Position numbers and translations under genes: made by a program. 64,000 nt of DNA, from NCBI GenBank assembly GCA_032249135.1, contig JAVVGL010000009.1, positions 80 through 64,079 of the forward strand, in the 5' to 3' direction. This document shows, piece after piece, positions 39,370-49,596 of the stretch; position 1 is the stretch's first letter; the number at the start of each line of letters is the position of its first letter. The notes beneath the pieces were generated by a model. The model ran no database searches, was not told the origin of the DNA, and saw only the letters and a program-made list of their open reading frames with translations. Source of the DNA: Candidatus Calescibacterium sp. (lineage in GTDB: Bacteria; Calescibacteriota; Calescibacteriia; Calescibacteriales; Calescibacteriaceae).

Positions 39370-39380
39370 ATTTTTTTGAA
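39321..39380. repeat. 2 x 30-bp tandem duplication spanning the stop of ORF 39359-39637 and the start of ORF 38677-39369
   Basis: agattttattagcgtccaaattttttcgaa followed by agattttattagcgtccaaatttttttgaa (1 mismatch). Confidence 0.9.
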
Positions 39381-39637
39381 AGAATAGCTTTTACTAATTC
39401 TTCTATCAAAGATGATGCTATTTGCGAATTGGAAGCTGGTTTGCTTTCTCTATCCACTTCTTTATCTAATGCTTGTAGAACTTTTGGAACGAATTCTGAA
39501 AAAATCTTTGCTTCCTCAGAAATTTCAGGTTTATCTGCTCTGCTTACTTTTTGGAATACTACATCTTTTTTGACTAAACTTGAAGGTTCTGCTTTTGATA
39601 TCTCACGAGTTGCTTTGATTTTTATCTCATCTGCCAT
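39359..39637 (-). CDS. Hypothetical 92-aa protein. It has a weak resemblance to anti-sigma-28 FlgM that is not supported well enough to name.
   Basis: Very strong SD (GGGAGGGGGTGAG) upstream of the ATG. Acidic, unstructured-looking sequence with an ISEEAKIF segment. Confidence 0.4.
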   Translation of the reverse strand: MADEIKIKATREISKAEPSSLVKKDVVFQKVSRADKPEISEEAKIFSEFVPKVLQALDKEVDRESKPASNSQIASSLIEELVKAILSKKFGR

Positions 39638-39865
39638 AATCTCTCACCCCCTCCCTACATACTTTATAATCGTCAAACTTAAAAATTTCTTTAACCTTCA
39701 ATCTTTAATCTATATATCAAATGCATCTAAAACTGCTATTGCTTTTTTCTTATCGCTTATTTTTTTCTTTTTTTATTTCTTTTTTTTATTTATATTTAAT
39801 TTTATATTTAATTTATAATTTTATCAATTCTCCTACGATTTTTCATTTTGTGAACAAAAATCCTA

Positions 39866-40561
39866 CTAATATATTTTCCCTTTGCTACTATATCTTCTTC
39901 TTGCTTCATTAACTATAATATGAGCAAGTCGTGTAGGCTCTGGAATCCTGAAACCTGCTGTCATCTTTTTGACAATTTCTAACGCATCTTGCAAAGTTAT
40001 TTTATGACCAACTGAAACAACAATAGGTTGAGATTTCTCATCTGTACAAACAAGACACCCTACAACCTTTCCTTTGAAGCGTAAAGGAGCTATTTCCCAT
40101 TTTTTCTTTGGTATAAAATCTGGAGTTCCAACCAAAATAGATTTAGCAACCCCCACAGAAGGTTTGTCATATATGAGTCCTATGTGAGAGGCTATGCCAA
40201 AAAATCTCGGATGTGCAATACCTTGACCATCAACAAATATTATATCTGGTTCTGTCTTTATCTTCTTGAATGCTTCCAAAATAGCAGGAGTTTCACGAAA
40301 AGATAAAAGTCCCGGAATATACTTGAATTTTACCTCCTTTACTGCGACTGCTTTTTCAACTATTGATAAATCTTCATAAGATAAAATGACAACACCTGCA
40401 AAGAGAATATCGGAGCCAAAATTATATGATATATCAACTCCTGCAACGAAGCGAGGAATAAAGTCAAGTTTTTCTTCTTTGACCATTTTTGAAAGTTCTT
40501 CTTGAAGCTTTTTTGCCTCATCCTCCCCCAGATCCCACCTGTGGTTAATTTTTGGTTCCAT
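39866..40561 (-). CDS. nfi: Endonuclease V
   Basis: VAGVDISY, FRETPAILEA, IFVDGQGIAHPRFFGIASHIG, VSVGHKI. Confidence 0.9.
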   Translation of the reverse strand: MEPKINHRWDLGEDEAKKLQEELSKMVKEEKLDFIPRFVAGVDISYNFGSDILFAGVVILSYEDLSIVEKAVAVKEVKFKYIPGLLSFRETPAILEAFKKIKTEPDIIFVDGQGIAHPRFFGIASHIGLIYDKPSVGVAKSILVGTPDFIPKKKWEIAPLRFKGKVVGCLVCTDEKSQPIVVSVGHKITLQDALEIVKKMTAGFRIPEPTRLAHIIVNEARRRYSSKGKIY

Positions 40562-40630
40562 TATACATCTTATTATTTTATATCTGGTTTTTTTTACTTA
40601 ATTTTATTTTTATATTTTTACGCTTGAAAA

Positions 40631-41905
40631 TCATTCGTATATTCTGAGATAAAAAGGTGCATCAAGGACTACATCAAATCTTGAACACTCTCCGAGAGCA
40701 TCTTTGAAATTCTTTTCAACACACTCATGAGTTATAATAAAAATAGGGACTCCTTCCTTTCCATATCCTCTACCCTTCTGTAAGACAGATTCTATTGAAA
40801 CATTGTTTCTACCGAAACTATCAGCTATTTTTGCAAGAACACCGGGTCTATCAACAACTCTCAATCTAACATAGAATTTTGAAATCATCATATGTTGCTG
40901 GATAACTTTGCCTTGGGGAGATTGAAATGACTTACGAAATGAATTTTTTGGGTATAGTGATGCTTCAATTATATCAGAAAGCACAGAAATTGATGTAGGA
41001 TCCCCTCCTGCTCCCTGTCCTTTCAAAAATAGCTCTCCTAACCTTCTTCCTTTTATCACGACCGCATTAAGATTACCCTTAACCTGAGAGATGGGTGAAT
41101 CATATGGAACAAGAGCAGGATAAACTGCGACCTCTAATTTCTCTTCTCCGTCGTAAATTTTCCTTCTTGAAATGGCAATTCCTCTTACTGCATATCCAAA
41201 CTCTCTTGCAAATTCAATATCTATCTTTTCAACAGAGGTAATTCCTTCTTTCAGAATATCATCAGGTTTGACTCTCACTCCGAAGCAAATTGCGGTCAAT
41301 ATACAAATTTTTTGTGCAGCATCTGTTCCGTTTATATCAAAAGATGGGTCTGGTTCGGCGTATCCAAGTTTTTTTGCTTGTTCCAAAGCTTCCGAAAATT
41401 CAAGCCCAGATTCCATAGAGGACAAAATATAGTTGGTTGTCCCGTTTAATATTCCTACAATTTCGTCTATTTCATCTGGTATGGCATTTTGAATTGTTCT
41501 TATTATAGGTATTCCTCCCCCAACGGAGGCATCAAAGAAAACATTTGGGTCACCAAATATTTCGTCATCTAATGAGAGTACAAATTTATTTGCTGTGACG
41601 ATTTTTTTCCCATGTTTCAAACTTTCTCTTATGAATGTGCGAGCAGATTCTACCTCTCCTATAAGTTCAACAATAATTTCAGGGTCAGCTTTTATTATAT
41701 CAGAAAAATGCACAGTGAAAAGTTCCTGCGGAATTTTGAATCCATCAACGGTTCTTGGTTTCTTTTTATCTCTTACGAGAATTTTGACTATCTCCAAATC
41801 AATTCCATATTTTAACCTTATCAAATCTTTAAGTTCAAAAATATTCTTGACAAGATATTTTCCAACATTACCACAACCTAAAAGTGCTATTTTTACCTTC
41901 CTCAT
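40631..41905 (-). CDS. hom: Homoserine dehydrogenase (with a C-terminal ACT domain)
   Basis: KIALLGCGNVG, VTANK, GILNGTTNYIL, YAEPDPSFDINGTDAAQK, ACT-like tail. Confidence 0.9.
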   Translation of the reverse strand: MRKVKIALLGCGNVGKYLVKNIFELKDLIRLKYGIDLEIVKILVRDKKKPRTVDGFKIPQELFTVHFSDIIKADPEIIVELIGEVESARTFIRESLKHGKKIVTANKFVLSLDDEIFGDPNVFFDASVGGGIPIIRTIQNAIPDEIDEIVGILNGTTNYILSSMESGLEFSEALEQAKKLGYAEPDPSFDINGTDAAQKICILTAICFGVRVKPDDILKEGITSVEKIDIEFAREFGYAVRGIAISRRKIYDGEEKLEVAVYPALVPYDSPISQVKGNLNAVVIKGRRLGELFLKGQGAGGDPTSISVLSDIIEASLYPKNSFRKSFQSPQGKVIQQHMMISKFYVRLRVVDRPGVLAKIADSFGRNNVSIESVLQKGRGYGKEGVPIFIITHECVEKNFKDALGECSRFDVVLDAPFYLRIYE

Positions 41906-42076
41906 ACCCCATAAATTATTCGGAAGGTTCTGCTTTATTTTCTACTACAAAATAAAATTTTGTAAATTATCTTCTGTTTCTCTTAATATACCTAAATTTC
42001 TTTCATATTGATTGGTTACTTTTTTTGCATTCTAAATATAATTTGATTAAAGCAAGATAAATAAAATCTAAAAAAA

Positions 42077-43417
42077 ATGAGAATAAAAGATATTATCTCG
42101 GATCTGAAAAAATTTAAACGGTGGGATGTATTTATTTACGAAGAAAGAGCAGAAGAGTTCATATATGAAGAAGGTGGTGAAGAAAAATCAAAAAGAGAAA
42201 GAGAAAAATTATCGGTTGCAATAAGATTTTCTGATGGAAAAAAATCAGGATTTGCTGCACAAGATTTAAGTAAAGGTATAGGGAGAAAAAATCAAATCAT
42301 ACTTGATTATCCAAGGGCTGATGAAAAATTGGAAATACCAGAAAATAAAAAAAAGTTCAAAACAAAAATTGCAGTAGACGAAAAAATAAGAATAAAGAAA
42401 GGTTGGGAAAAAGAAAAGATAGATGAACTCTTGCAGATACTTAGGGAAAATGCTAAATTCAAGATAATGGTAGATAAAATATCATCAGGGCAAGCAACTC
42501 AGAAAAGAAGAATAATAAACTCCTATGGTATGGATGTCAGCGAAGAAAAATCAATTTATTTTATGTATGGATCAATAGGAGGAGAAAAAAACGGACAAAA
42601 ACAAGTCGTGTATTTTTCAAAATCTTTTCTTTCACCAAATAAAATCTTACCAGAAAAGATAGCTCAAGAGGTTTTGAGTGAGTTCAACTTTGAAGAAGTT
42701 AAATTAAAACCAGGGAAATACAAGGTTATTTTTCCTCCGAAAATAGCGTCCCAAATTATAGAGTTTTTAATGGAGAATTTTTCAGCTGACAGAATTTTAG
42801 CGGGACTATCAAAGTTTTCAGAAAAAGATATGGGGAAAAAATTTTTTGGAGATGAGATTTCAATTTTTGAGCTTGCTCATCCCGTAAGAGACGAAATTAT
42901 AAAATCTGAGTTTCAAGAATTTCAGAAAATTCAAGATGAGATAAGATTTGCCCCTGGAATAAGATATTTTGATGATGAAGGTGAGGAAAAAAGGAATTTT
43001 GCAATAATAAGAAAAGGAGTTGTAGAAAACTTCATAACTCACACTCTTTCTGCGAAGAAATTAAAAGTAGATAATACAAGTTGTGCGGTAAGACCTAATC
43101 CACTTTCTCCTCCTGTTCCCAATCCATCATCATTAGTTGTAATGCCCGGAAGAGAGAAGAAGGAAAATTATTATTCTTACGGCGACACAATTGTGGTTTT
43201 AGAAATAATTGGTTTGCACACGAGCGACCCGATAAAAGGAGATTTTTCAGTAGGATGTAGAGGATATATACCCGCAACTGGAAAAGGTTTCAAAAATACA
43301 ACAATATCAGGAAACATATTTGAGCTTCTGAAAAACCCAGTTATATTTGACGATTTTTCAATTGAAGGTAAAATATCAATGCCATCAATAATGCTTGAAG
43401 GTGTTGATGTATCCTGA
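42077..43417 (+). CDS. TldD/PmbA family metalloprotease-like protein
   Basis: The C-terminal half (FDDEGEEKRNFAIIRKGV, IVVLEIIGLHTSDPIKGDFSVGCRGY) is typical of PmbA/TldD. The N-terminus is divergent. Confidence 0.7.
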   Translation: MRIKDIISDLKKFKRWDVFIYEERAEEFIYEEGGEEKSKREREKLSVAIRFSDGKKSGFAAQDLSKGIGRKNQIILDYPRADEKLEIPENKKKFKTKIAVDEKIRIKKGWEKEKIDELLQILRENAKFKIMVDKISSGQATQKRRIINSYGMDVSEEKSIYFMYGSIGGEKNGQKQVVYFSKSFLSPNKILPEKIAQEVLSEFNFEEVKLKPGKYKVIFPPKIASQIIEFLMENFSADRILAGLSKFSEKDMGKKFFGDEISIFELAHPVRDEIIKSEFQEFQKIQDEIRFAPGIRYFDDEGEEKRNFAIIRKGVVENFITHTLSAKKLKVDNTSCAVRPNPLSPPVPNPSSLVVMPGREKKENYYSYGDTIVVLEIIGLHTSDPIKGDFSVGCRGYIPATGKGFKNTTISGNIFELLKNPVIFDDFSIEGKISMPSIMLEGVDVS

Positions 43418-43441
43418 AATTAGTGAATTTTGATTTTTGCT

Positions 43442-44032
43442 TTAAATCTTTTGTGTTTTAAATTTTCTTCTCATTTTTTCTACTCTTTCTTTATATTTTT
43501 TCTCAATCTCATCATAAATGCTCTCTATAATTTTTTTGTTTGCAGTCAAATTATCAAGAAAAAATTTCTCTTTCATTATTTTCTTCATATTCATACTACT
43601 CAAAACACATTCCAATATGAACATTTTTTCCTTTTCATCTTTTGGATTAAAACCAAGATCATAAGAAATTTTTACCGCTACGGCTGTTGCGATCAGAAAA
43701 ATCACGAGAATTTCTACGGGAATTAAAAATATTCTTCTCCAACCTATCATTTTGAAAATTGCAGAAGATATTGCTCCGTAAATTATTCCCGAAAACTTCA
43801 CAACATCTAAAAAATCATTTGTATTATTACTTTTATCTTTTTTTCTTCTTGTTCCCTCTTCTCTTTTATTTTTCTTTTTATCTTTCAAGGATTTGTCCCT
43901 TAATTTTTTCTCCACAAAACTTAAAAAAGATGCTATAATATCTACCAGTTTTGAAAAACTTGTAAGAAATGCTTTCTCTGGAACTTTCAGCAGGTGCGAT
44001 GAAAGCACCTCAAACTTCTTTTTATTTCCCAT
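43442..44032 (-). CDS. Hypothetical membrane protein
   Basis: ORF with two hydrophobic segments and a highly basic linker. No family recognised. Confidence 0.4.
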   Translation of the reverse strand: MGNKKKFEVLSSHLLKVPEKAFLTSFSKLVDIIASFLSFVEKKLRDKSLKDKKKNKREEGTRRKKDKSNNTNDFLDVVKFSGIIYGAISSAIFKMIGWRRIFLIPVEILVIFLIATAVAVKISYDLGFNPKDEKEKMFILECVLSSMNMKKIMKEKFFLDNLTANKKIIESIYDEIEKKYKERVEKMRRKFKTQKI

Positions 44033-44179
44033 TATTTTTCACTATTTTTTCTTACCTTATTTTAAAATTTAAGTTCTCGTTATTGGCTTTTACAGGATAG
44101 TGTTTTTGGATACAAGATTTTTCAGATAAAAAACTGCTTTTCACAAAACAAATCTTTAAAAAATAAATAGAAAATAATA

Positions 44180-45439
44180 GTGAGGATTCTTGTTCTTGGA
44201 GGAGGAGGGAGAGAGCACGCGATAGGTTGGAGGCTAAAAAAAGATTATAAAGAAGCTGAAATATTTTTTGCTCCCGGAAACGGCGGAACAGAAAAAATAG
44301 GAATAAACCTTACAACAATAAACCCAGAAAATCCGTATGAAGTTGCTTCAATATGTGCAGAACTCAAAATAGACCTCGTAGTTGTCGGACCAGAAAATCC
44401 GCTCGCTTACGGAGTAGTAGATGAACTTCAAAAACAAGGAAGACTCTGCTTTGGTCCGCAAAAGGAGGCTGCAAAACTTGAAGCTTCAAAATCATTCGCA
44501 AAAAAAATAATGGAAGAAGCAGGAATCCCAACAGCAAAATTCCAAATTTTCTCGCTTCAAGATTTTCAAAAAGGAAAATTTTCTCCTAAAAAACTTAATC
44601 CACCAGTTGTTATAAAAGCATCAGGTCTTTGCGCAGGGAAAGGAACTTTTGTATGCAAAAACGAAAAAGAAATTGAAGAAGCGATAGAGAGAATCTTTAT
44701 AAAAAGAGAATTTGGAGACGAAGGGAATGAAATCGTGGTTGAAGAGTTTTTAGAAGGGAAAGAAATCTCTTATTTTGCAATTTGTTCGGAAAACAATTTC
44801 AGAACGCTCGGATTCGCAAGAGACTACAAAAGATTACTTGATAACGACAAAGGTCCAAATACAGGTGGAATGGGCTCATACACCCCTGTTGAATACGGGG
44901 ATGAAAAACTCAAAGAAAAAATTGAAAAATCAATAGTTTCACCTCTCATGAAAACACTAACAGAAAAAAACATAGTTTTTTCAGGAATTCTATATGTAGG
45001 AGTAATGATTCACAATGGAGAACCATATGTTCTTGAATTTAATGTAAGATTTGGGGATCCAGAAGCTCAGGTTTTACTCCCATCAATAGAACAGAATTTC
45101 TTTGAACTCATAACAAATGCTCTTGAAGGGAAACTACCAGATAAAATAGAGCAGAAAAAACATGCTTTGTGTGTAGTTATGGCGGCAGAAGGATATCCGC
45201 AAAAATATAAAAAAGGAATAGAAATAAAAATTGAAGGAGATGAAGAAGGAGGAAATTTTATTATCTTTCACGCCGGAACAAAGAGGGAAAACGGAAAAAT
45301 AATATCAACAGGTGGAAGAGTTTTAAATATAGTCGGACTTGGCAAAAATAGGGAGGAAGCCCGGAAAGTTTCGTACAGTATAATTGAAGAAAAGATAAAA
45401 TTCCCTTTTTCCCACTTCCGAAAAGATATAGGAAATTAG
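44180..45439 (+). CDS. purD: Phosphoribosylamine--glycine ligase
   Basis: RILVLGGGGREHA, APGNGG, ATP-grasp core, LEFNVRFGDPE. GTG start. Confidence 0.92.
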   Translation: MRILVLGGGGREHAIGWRLKKDYKEAEIFFAPGNGGTEKIGINLTTINPENPYEVASICAELKIDLVVVGPENPLAYGVVDELQKQGRLCFGPQKEAAKLEASKSFAKKIMEEAGIPTAKFQIFSLQDFQKGKFSPKKLNPPVVIKASGLCAGKGTFVCKNEKEIEEAIERIFIKREFGDEGNEIVVEEFLEGKEISYFAICSENNFRTLGFARDYKRLLDNDKGPNTGGMGSYTPVEYGDEKLKEKIEKSIVSPLMKTLTEKNIVFSGILYVGVMIHNGEPYVLEFNVRFGDPEAQVLLPSIEQNFFELITNALEGKLPDKIEQKKHALCVVMAAEGYPQKYKKGIEIKIEGDEEGGNFIIFHAGTKRENGKIISTGGRVLNIVGLGKNREEARKVSYSIIEEKIKFPFSHFRKDIGN

Positions 45440-45456
45440 CTTTGTAATCTTCACAT

Positions 45457-47406
45457 TTACCTCTCAGACGGTAAAGTAAAAAATTTATGTTTGAAAACCA
45501 AAATAGAAAGAGGAGGCAAAGTGATAGAAACAGAAAAATCTCTCCCGTGAAACTTTATTTTTTCTGCAAAAACTCCACCCATGTTCCCCAATCCACTTCC
45601 TCCGTAAAACTCAGAATCACTATTTAATATCTCCTCCCAAAAACCCTCAAATGGTACCCCTATCCTGTAATTGAACCTTGGAACAGGAGTAAAATTGCAT
45701 ACAACAAGAAAACAATATTCTTTACCCTTTCTTAAAAAAGAAATTATACTTTTTTCAACATCGTTAAAATCTATCCATTCAAAACCGGATGGCTCAAAAT
45801 CAAATTCATATAAATCCGGCTCACTTATATATACTCTATTCAAATCTTTTATCCATCTTTGTAGTCCTTTATGGAAATGTGCAAGAGGATTTTTTTCATC
45901 ATCAAGAAGATGCCAATCCAAAGAGCTATCATGATTCCACTCCCGCCACTGCCCAAACTCACCGCCCATAAAAAGAAGTTTTTTTCCTGGATGAAACCAC
46001 ATATAACCAAATAGAAGTCTTAAATTTGCAAACTTCTGCCAATCATCACCGGGCATCTTCGTAATCAAAGACCCCTTACCATGAACCACCTCATCGTGAG
46101 ACAAAGGTAAAACAAAATTTTCCGAGAAGGCATACCATATACTGAAAGTTATTTTGTCATGATGGTATTTTCTATAGATTGGATCTTTTGAGAAATAAAA
46201 TAGTGTATCGTGCATCCAACCCATATTCCACTTCATACTAAAACCTAATCCTCCAACATAAGTCGGACGAGAAACTCCTGGCCAAGCCGTTGATTCCTCT
46301 GCTATCATCTGGACATCGGGGAAATCTCTAAAAACTGTCTCATTAAGTTTTTTTATAAAATCAATAGCTTCAAGATTTTCTTTACCTCCATATATATTTG
46401 GAACCCACTCTCCAGGCTTTCTTGAATAGTCAAGATAAAGCATTGAAGCGACCGCGTCGACTCTCAAACCATCTGCGTGATACTTTTCAATCCAAAAATG
46501 AGCAGAACTTAAAAGAAAAGATCTGACCTCTCCTTTTGAATAATCAAAAATAAAGCTCCCCCAGTCTGGATGATACCTTTTTCTCGGATCTTCGTACTCA
46601 TAAAGGTGTGTTCCATCAAAAAAAGCAAGACCGTGCCCATCTTGTGGAAAATGCGATGGAACCCAATCAAGAATAACTCCAATGTTGTTCTGGTGAAGGA
46701 AATCTATAAGGAACATAAAATCCTCCGGGATTCCATATCTTGAGGTTGGAGCAAAATATGATGTTATCTGATAGCCCCAGGAGCCGTAAAAAGGATGTTC
46801 CATTACAGGCAAGAATTCAACATGAGTAAATCCCATTTCTTTTATGTACTCAACGAGGTAGTGAGCCAATTCTCTGTAAGTTAAAAATCTGTTTCCCTCT
46901 TCTGGAACTCTTCTCCAAGAACCTATATGGACTTCATAAATTGAGATTGGAGATCTCAACGAATTAAATTTTTTTCTTCCGTTTTTTATCCATTCATCAT
47001 CTCCCCATTTATAATCAAAATTCCAGATTATAGATGCGGTTTTTGGGGGTTTTTCACAGAAAAATGCGAAAGGGTCGGCTTTATCTATTTTGTAATTCCC
47101 TCTTACTATGTAGTATTTGTACAGAGAACCTTTTTTGATTCCCGGAATGAATCCGAACCAAATACCTGAATCATCTTCTCTTTTTTTCAGTGGGTGAGAA
47201 GATTTGTTCCACCCGTTGAAATCTCCGATTACGGAGACATATTCAGCGTTCGGAGCCCAAACTGCAAAATGAACTCCCTGAATTCCGTCAAATTCAACAA
47301 TGTGAGCTCCGAGCTTTTGATATAATTTTGTATGAGTTCCCTCTCTGAAAAGATATACATCATATTCCGTTATCAAAGTAAAATCATAAATGACCGAAAA
47401 TTCCAT
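45457..47406 (-). CDS. glgB: 1,4-alpha-glucan branching enzyme
   Basis: GH13 motifs [33 protein letters not shown]. Confidence 0.92.
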   Translation of the reverse strand: MEFSVIYDFTLITEYDVYLFREGTHTKLYQKLGAHIVEFDGIQGVHFAVWAPNAEYVSVIGDFNGWNKSSHPLKKREDDSGIWFGFIPGIKKGSLYKYYIVRGNYKIDKADPFAFFCEKPPKTASIIWNFDYKWGDDEWIKNGRKKFNSLRSPISIYEVHIGSWRRVPEEGNRFLTYRELAHYLVEYIKEMGFTHVEFLPVMEHPFYGSWGYQITSYFAPTSRYGIPEDFMFLIDFLHQNNIGVILDWVPSHFPQDGHGLAFFDGTHLYEYEDPRKRYHPDWGSFIFDYSKGEVRSFLLSSAHFWIEKYHADGLRVDAVASMLYLDYSRKPGEWVPNIYGGKENLEAIDFIKKLNETVFRDFPDVQMIAEESTAWPGVSRPTYVGGLGFSMKWNMGWMHDTLFYFSKDPIYRKYHHDKITFSIWYAFSENFVLPLSHDEVVHGKGSLITKMPGDDWQKFANLRLLFGYMWFHPGKKLLFMGGEFGQWREWNHDSSLDWHLLDDEKNPLAHFHKGLQRWIKDLNRVYISEPDLYEFDFEPSGFEWIDFNDVEKSIISFLRKGKEYCFLVVCNFTPVPRFNYRIGVPFEGFWEEILNSDSEFYGGSGLGNMGGVFAEKIKFHGRDFSVSITLPPLSILVFKHKFFTLPSER

Positions 47407-47440
47407 TTTTTATATCTTTCCGCTTTTCTTTCTTTGTTTT

Positions 47441-48055
47441 TTATTTTTCTTTGTTTTCTTTTATTTTGTTTTCTTTTATTTGAGCTTTTACTCCTTCAAA
47501 TTCTACATCGCCTGAACTAATAATTATTTTTACTTTTTCTGCTCTTATTGTTATGTTTCCGGTTTTCAAAATAGGATCTCCTGAAAGAATTATTTCATTT
47601 TTTTCAGGATATATCTGAATATTTTTTGCTCTAACTTCTTTTGTGTTCTCGTAGTTTATGAAAACATTTCCTGAACCATCTATTTTTCTGATTTTTTGGG
47701 AATTTTGGTCAAGAAATACTTTTGCTCTATCAAGTTCTGCGTATATCTTTTCACTTTTGAACTTGACATTTCCAAAAAGCTCTATTATTCCTTTTTTTAT
47801 GTTGTATGTTGATTTATCTGCAAAAACTTTTACATCTCCTATATTTTCTGCCCCGAAAGATAAATCAACCTCGCTCGCATAAGCTATATCATCTTTGAAA
47901 ACTGCTTCCTTTGCCTCCAAACTAACCTTTGATACAATTTTACCTTCAAAAATACTTATAAATCTCTCCTGAATTACTCTGAAGGATCTCAATACTTCAA
48001 AAAGAGAATATATGAAAATCAACAAACCAAAGGCTACAACTATTTTTCTTACCAT
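47441..48055 (-). CDS. OstA-like (LptC/LptA family) LPS-export protein, membrane anchored (tentative)
   Basis: N-terminal TM anchor followed by repeated beta-jellyroll-like segments (ADKSTYNIKKGIIELFGNVKF, LSGDPILKTGNITIRAEKVKI). Confidence 0.45.
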   Translation of the reverse strand: MVRKIVVAFGLLIFIYSLFEVLRSFRVIQERFISIFEGKIVSKVSLEAKEAVFKDDIAYASEVDLSFGAENIGDVKVFADKSTYNIKKGIIELFGNVKFKSEKIYAELDRAKVFLDQNSQKIRKIDGSGNVFINYENTKEVRAKNIQIYPEKNEIILSGDPILKTGNITIRAEKVKIIISSGDVEFEGVKAQIKENKIKENKEK

Positions 48056-48160
48056 AAGATAAAGATAAGAATATTAATAACATAGTTTTACTATTCGTAA
48101 GATTTTGAAAAACCTGAAAAAATTTCTTCATATAAAGAATAAACTAACTAAAATTTTTCT

Positions 48161-49216
48161 ATGGTGTTGGTTAATGAAGATAAAGAGCAGAGGAGAAAAA
48201 AAGTTTTGAACATAATTCAGTCAGATTTTCCCTTTGAGTGGAGACCATTCAAAAAAATAGGTGAGATGGTAGGTTTAGATGAGGATGAAGTTATAGACTT
48301 TGTGAGAGAGAACTTTGAAAAAAGAATTATAAGGCAAATATGTGCAATATTTGACACAAGGTCTTTGGGGTACAAATCTACGCTTGTTGCTGCAAAGGTG
48401 AGAAAAGAAAAAGAAGATTTTGCTGCAAGAGTTATAAATCAGCATCCGGGCGTTAGCCATAATTACAGAAGAAATCACAAATTTAATATATGGTTCACTA
48501 TTGCGGTTCCTCCAAATTCAAAAATAGGACTTGAAAAAACAGTGAAAATTCTTGAAAAAATAAGCGGAGCAGATGAGATGATAATGCTACCCACAATAAA
48601 GCTTTATAAAATCGGTGTTGTTTTAGATATGACAGGTGAGGAAGATCCAGCAGGTGAAGAAAAGTATAGGTATTATACTGAGCAAGAAAGGAAATCAAAT
48701 GGAGTTTCTCCTGATGAGATACCGGCAATTTTAGCTCTTCAAGAGAACATTTTTCCCGAAAGGGAACCATTTGCCAGAATAGTTGAAAAGTATAATTTCT
48801 CATTTGATGAACTTAAATCTTGGTATGAGAAGTTCAGAGCAGAAGGAAAAATAAGAAGATACGCTGCAATTCTTTACCACAAAAGAGCAGGTTTTAAATA
48901 TAATGTCATGGCTGTGTGGGAGGTCTCAGGTCCAGATGAATATATAGATTCAGTTGGAATGAAATTTGCCTCATTCAGAAGTGTTAGCCACTGTTATAGA
49001 AGACCGACTTACCCATCTTGGCCATACTCAATATTTACTATGATTCATGCAAGAGATGAAGAAGAAGCAAATTATGTTATCAAGAAAATGTCAGAGGAAA
49101 CAGGAATTAAAAACTATGCCGGTCTTGTATCTACGAAAGAATACAAAAAAGTGAGATTGAGATACTTCACACCAGATTGGGAAGAGTGGGAAGAAAAATA
49201 CAAGTCAGAGGTCTAA
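48161..49216 (+). CDS. Fused siroheme decarboxylase-like protein (NirDL / AhbA-AhbB type, two AsnC-like modules)
   Basis: HPGVSHNYRRNHKFNIWFTIAVP in the first half and SVSHCYRRP...YSIFTMIHA in the second. Confidence 0.72.
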   Translation: MVLVNEDKEQRRKKVLNIIQSDFPFEWRPFKKIGEMVGLDEDEVIDFVRENFEKRIIRQICAIFDTRSLGYKSTLVAAKVRKEKEDFAARVINQHPGVSHNYRRNHKFNIWFTIAVPPNSKIGLEKTVKILEKISGADEMIMLPTIKLYKIGVVLDMTGEEDPAGEEKYRYYTEQERKSNGVSPDEIPAILALQENIFPEREPFARIVEKYNFSFDELKSWYEKFRAEGKIRRYAAILYHKRAGFKYNVMAVWEVSGPDEYIDSVGMKFASFRSVSHCYRRPTYPSWPYSIFTMIHARDEEEANYVIKKMSEETGIKNYAGLVSTKEYKKVRLRYFTPDWEEWEEKYKSEV

Positions 49217-49584
49217 AAAAAGAGACAGGAATTTTAGGTGAAAATTTGGCAGAAAAATATCTCCAACAGAAAAACTATACCATAGTACAAAAAAATTTTA
49301 GAACTCGCTCTGGTGAGATAGATATAATAGCTATTTCTCCTGATAGAAAATATTTATGTTTTGTTGAAGTTAAAACCAGAAAGCAAAGTTTATTTGGACA
49401 CCCCGAGGAAGCAGTAGATGAAAGAAAAATCAAAAAGATAATGAGAGTTGCAGAAGAGTTTTTATTTTTATATCATAAAATCCACGATTTTGAAATTAAA
49501 AATCTCAACATAAGATTTGATGTTATATCAGTTGAAATTGCTTATGATGATGTAAAGATAGAACATATTGAAAACGCTTTTTGA
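49177..49584 (+). CDS. yraN: YraN family (UPF0102) PD-(D/E)XK endonuclease-like protein
   Basis: GENLAEKYLQQKNYTIVQKNFRTRSGEIDIIA....FVEVKTR. The start is uncertain; as drawn it overlaps the upstream gene by 40 nt. Confidence 0.72.
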   Translation: MGRVGRKIQVRGLKKETGILGENLAEKYLQQKNYTIVQKNFRTRSGEIDIIAISPDRKYLCFVEVKTRKQSLFGHPEEAVDERKIKKIMRVAEEFLFLYHKIHDFEIKNLNIRFDVISVEIAYDDVKIEHIENAF

Positions 49585-49596
49585 TTTTTAACATAT

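Noticed and set aside
39359-39637. Calling the 92-aa protein FlgM (anti-sigma-28)
   Set aside because: Only a vague …SEEAK… segment resembles FlgM. The conserved C-terminal KVxxIKxAIxxGxY motif is absent, so it is left as hypothetical.
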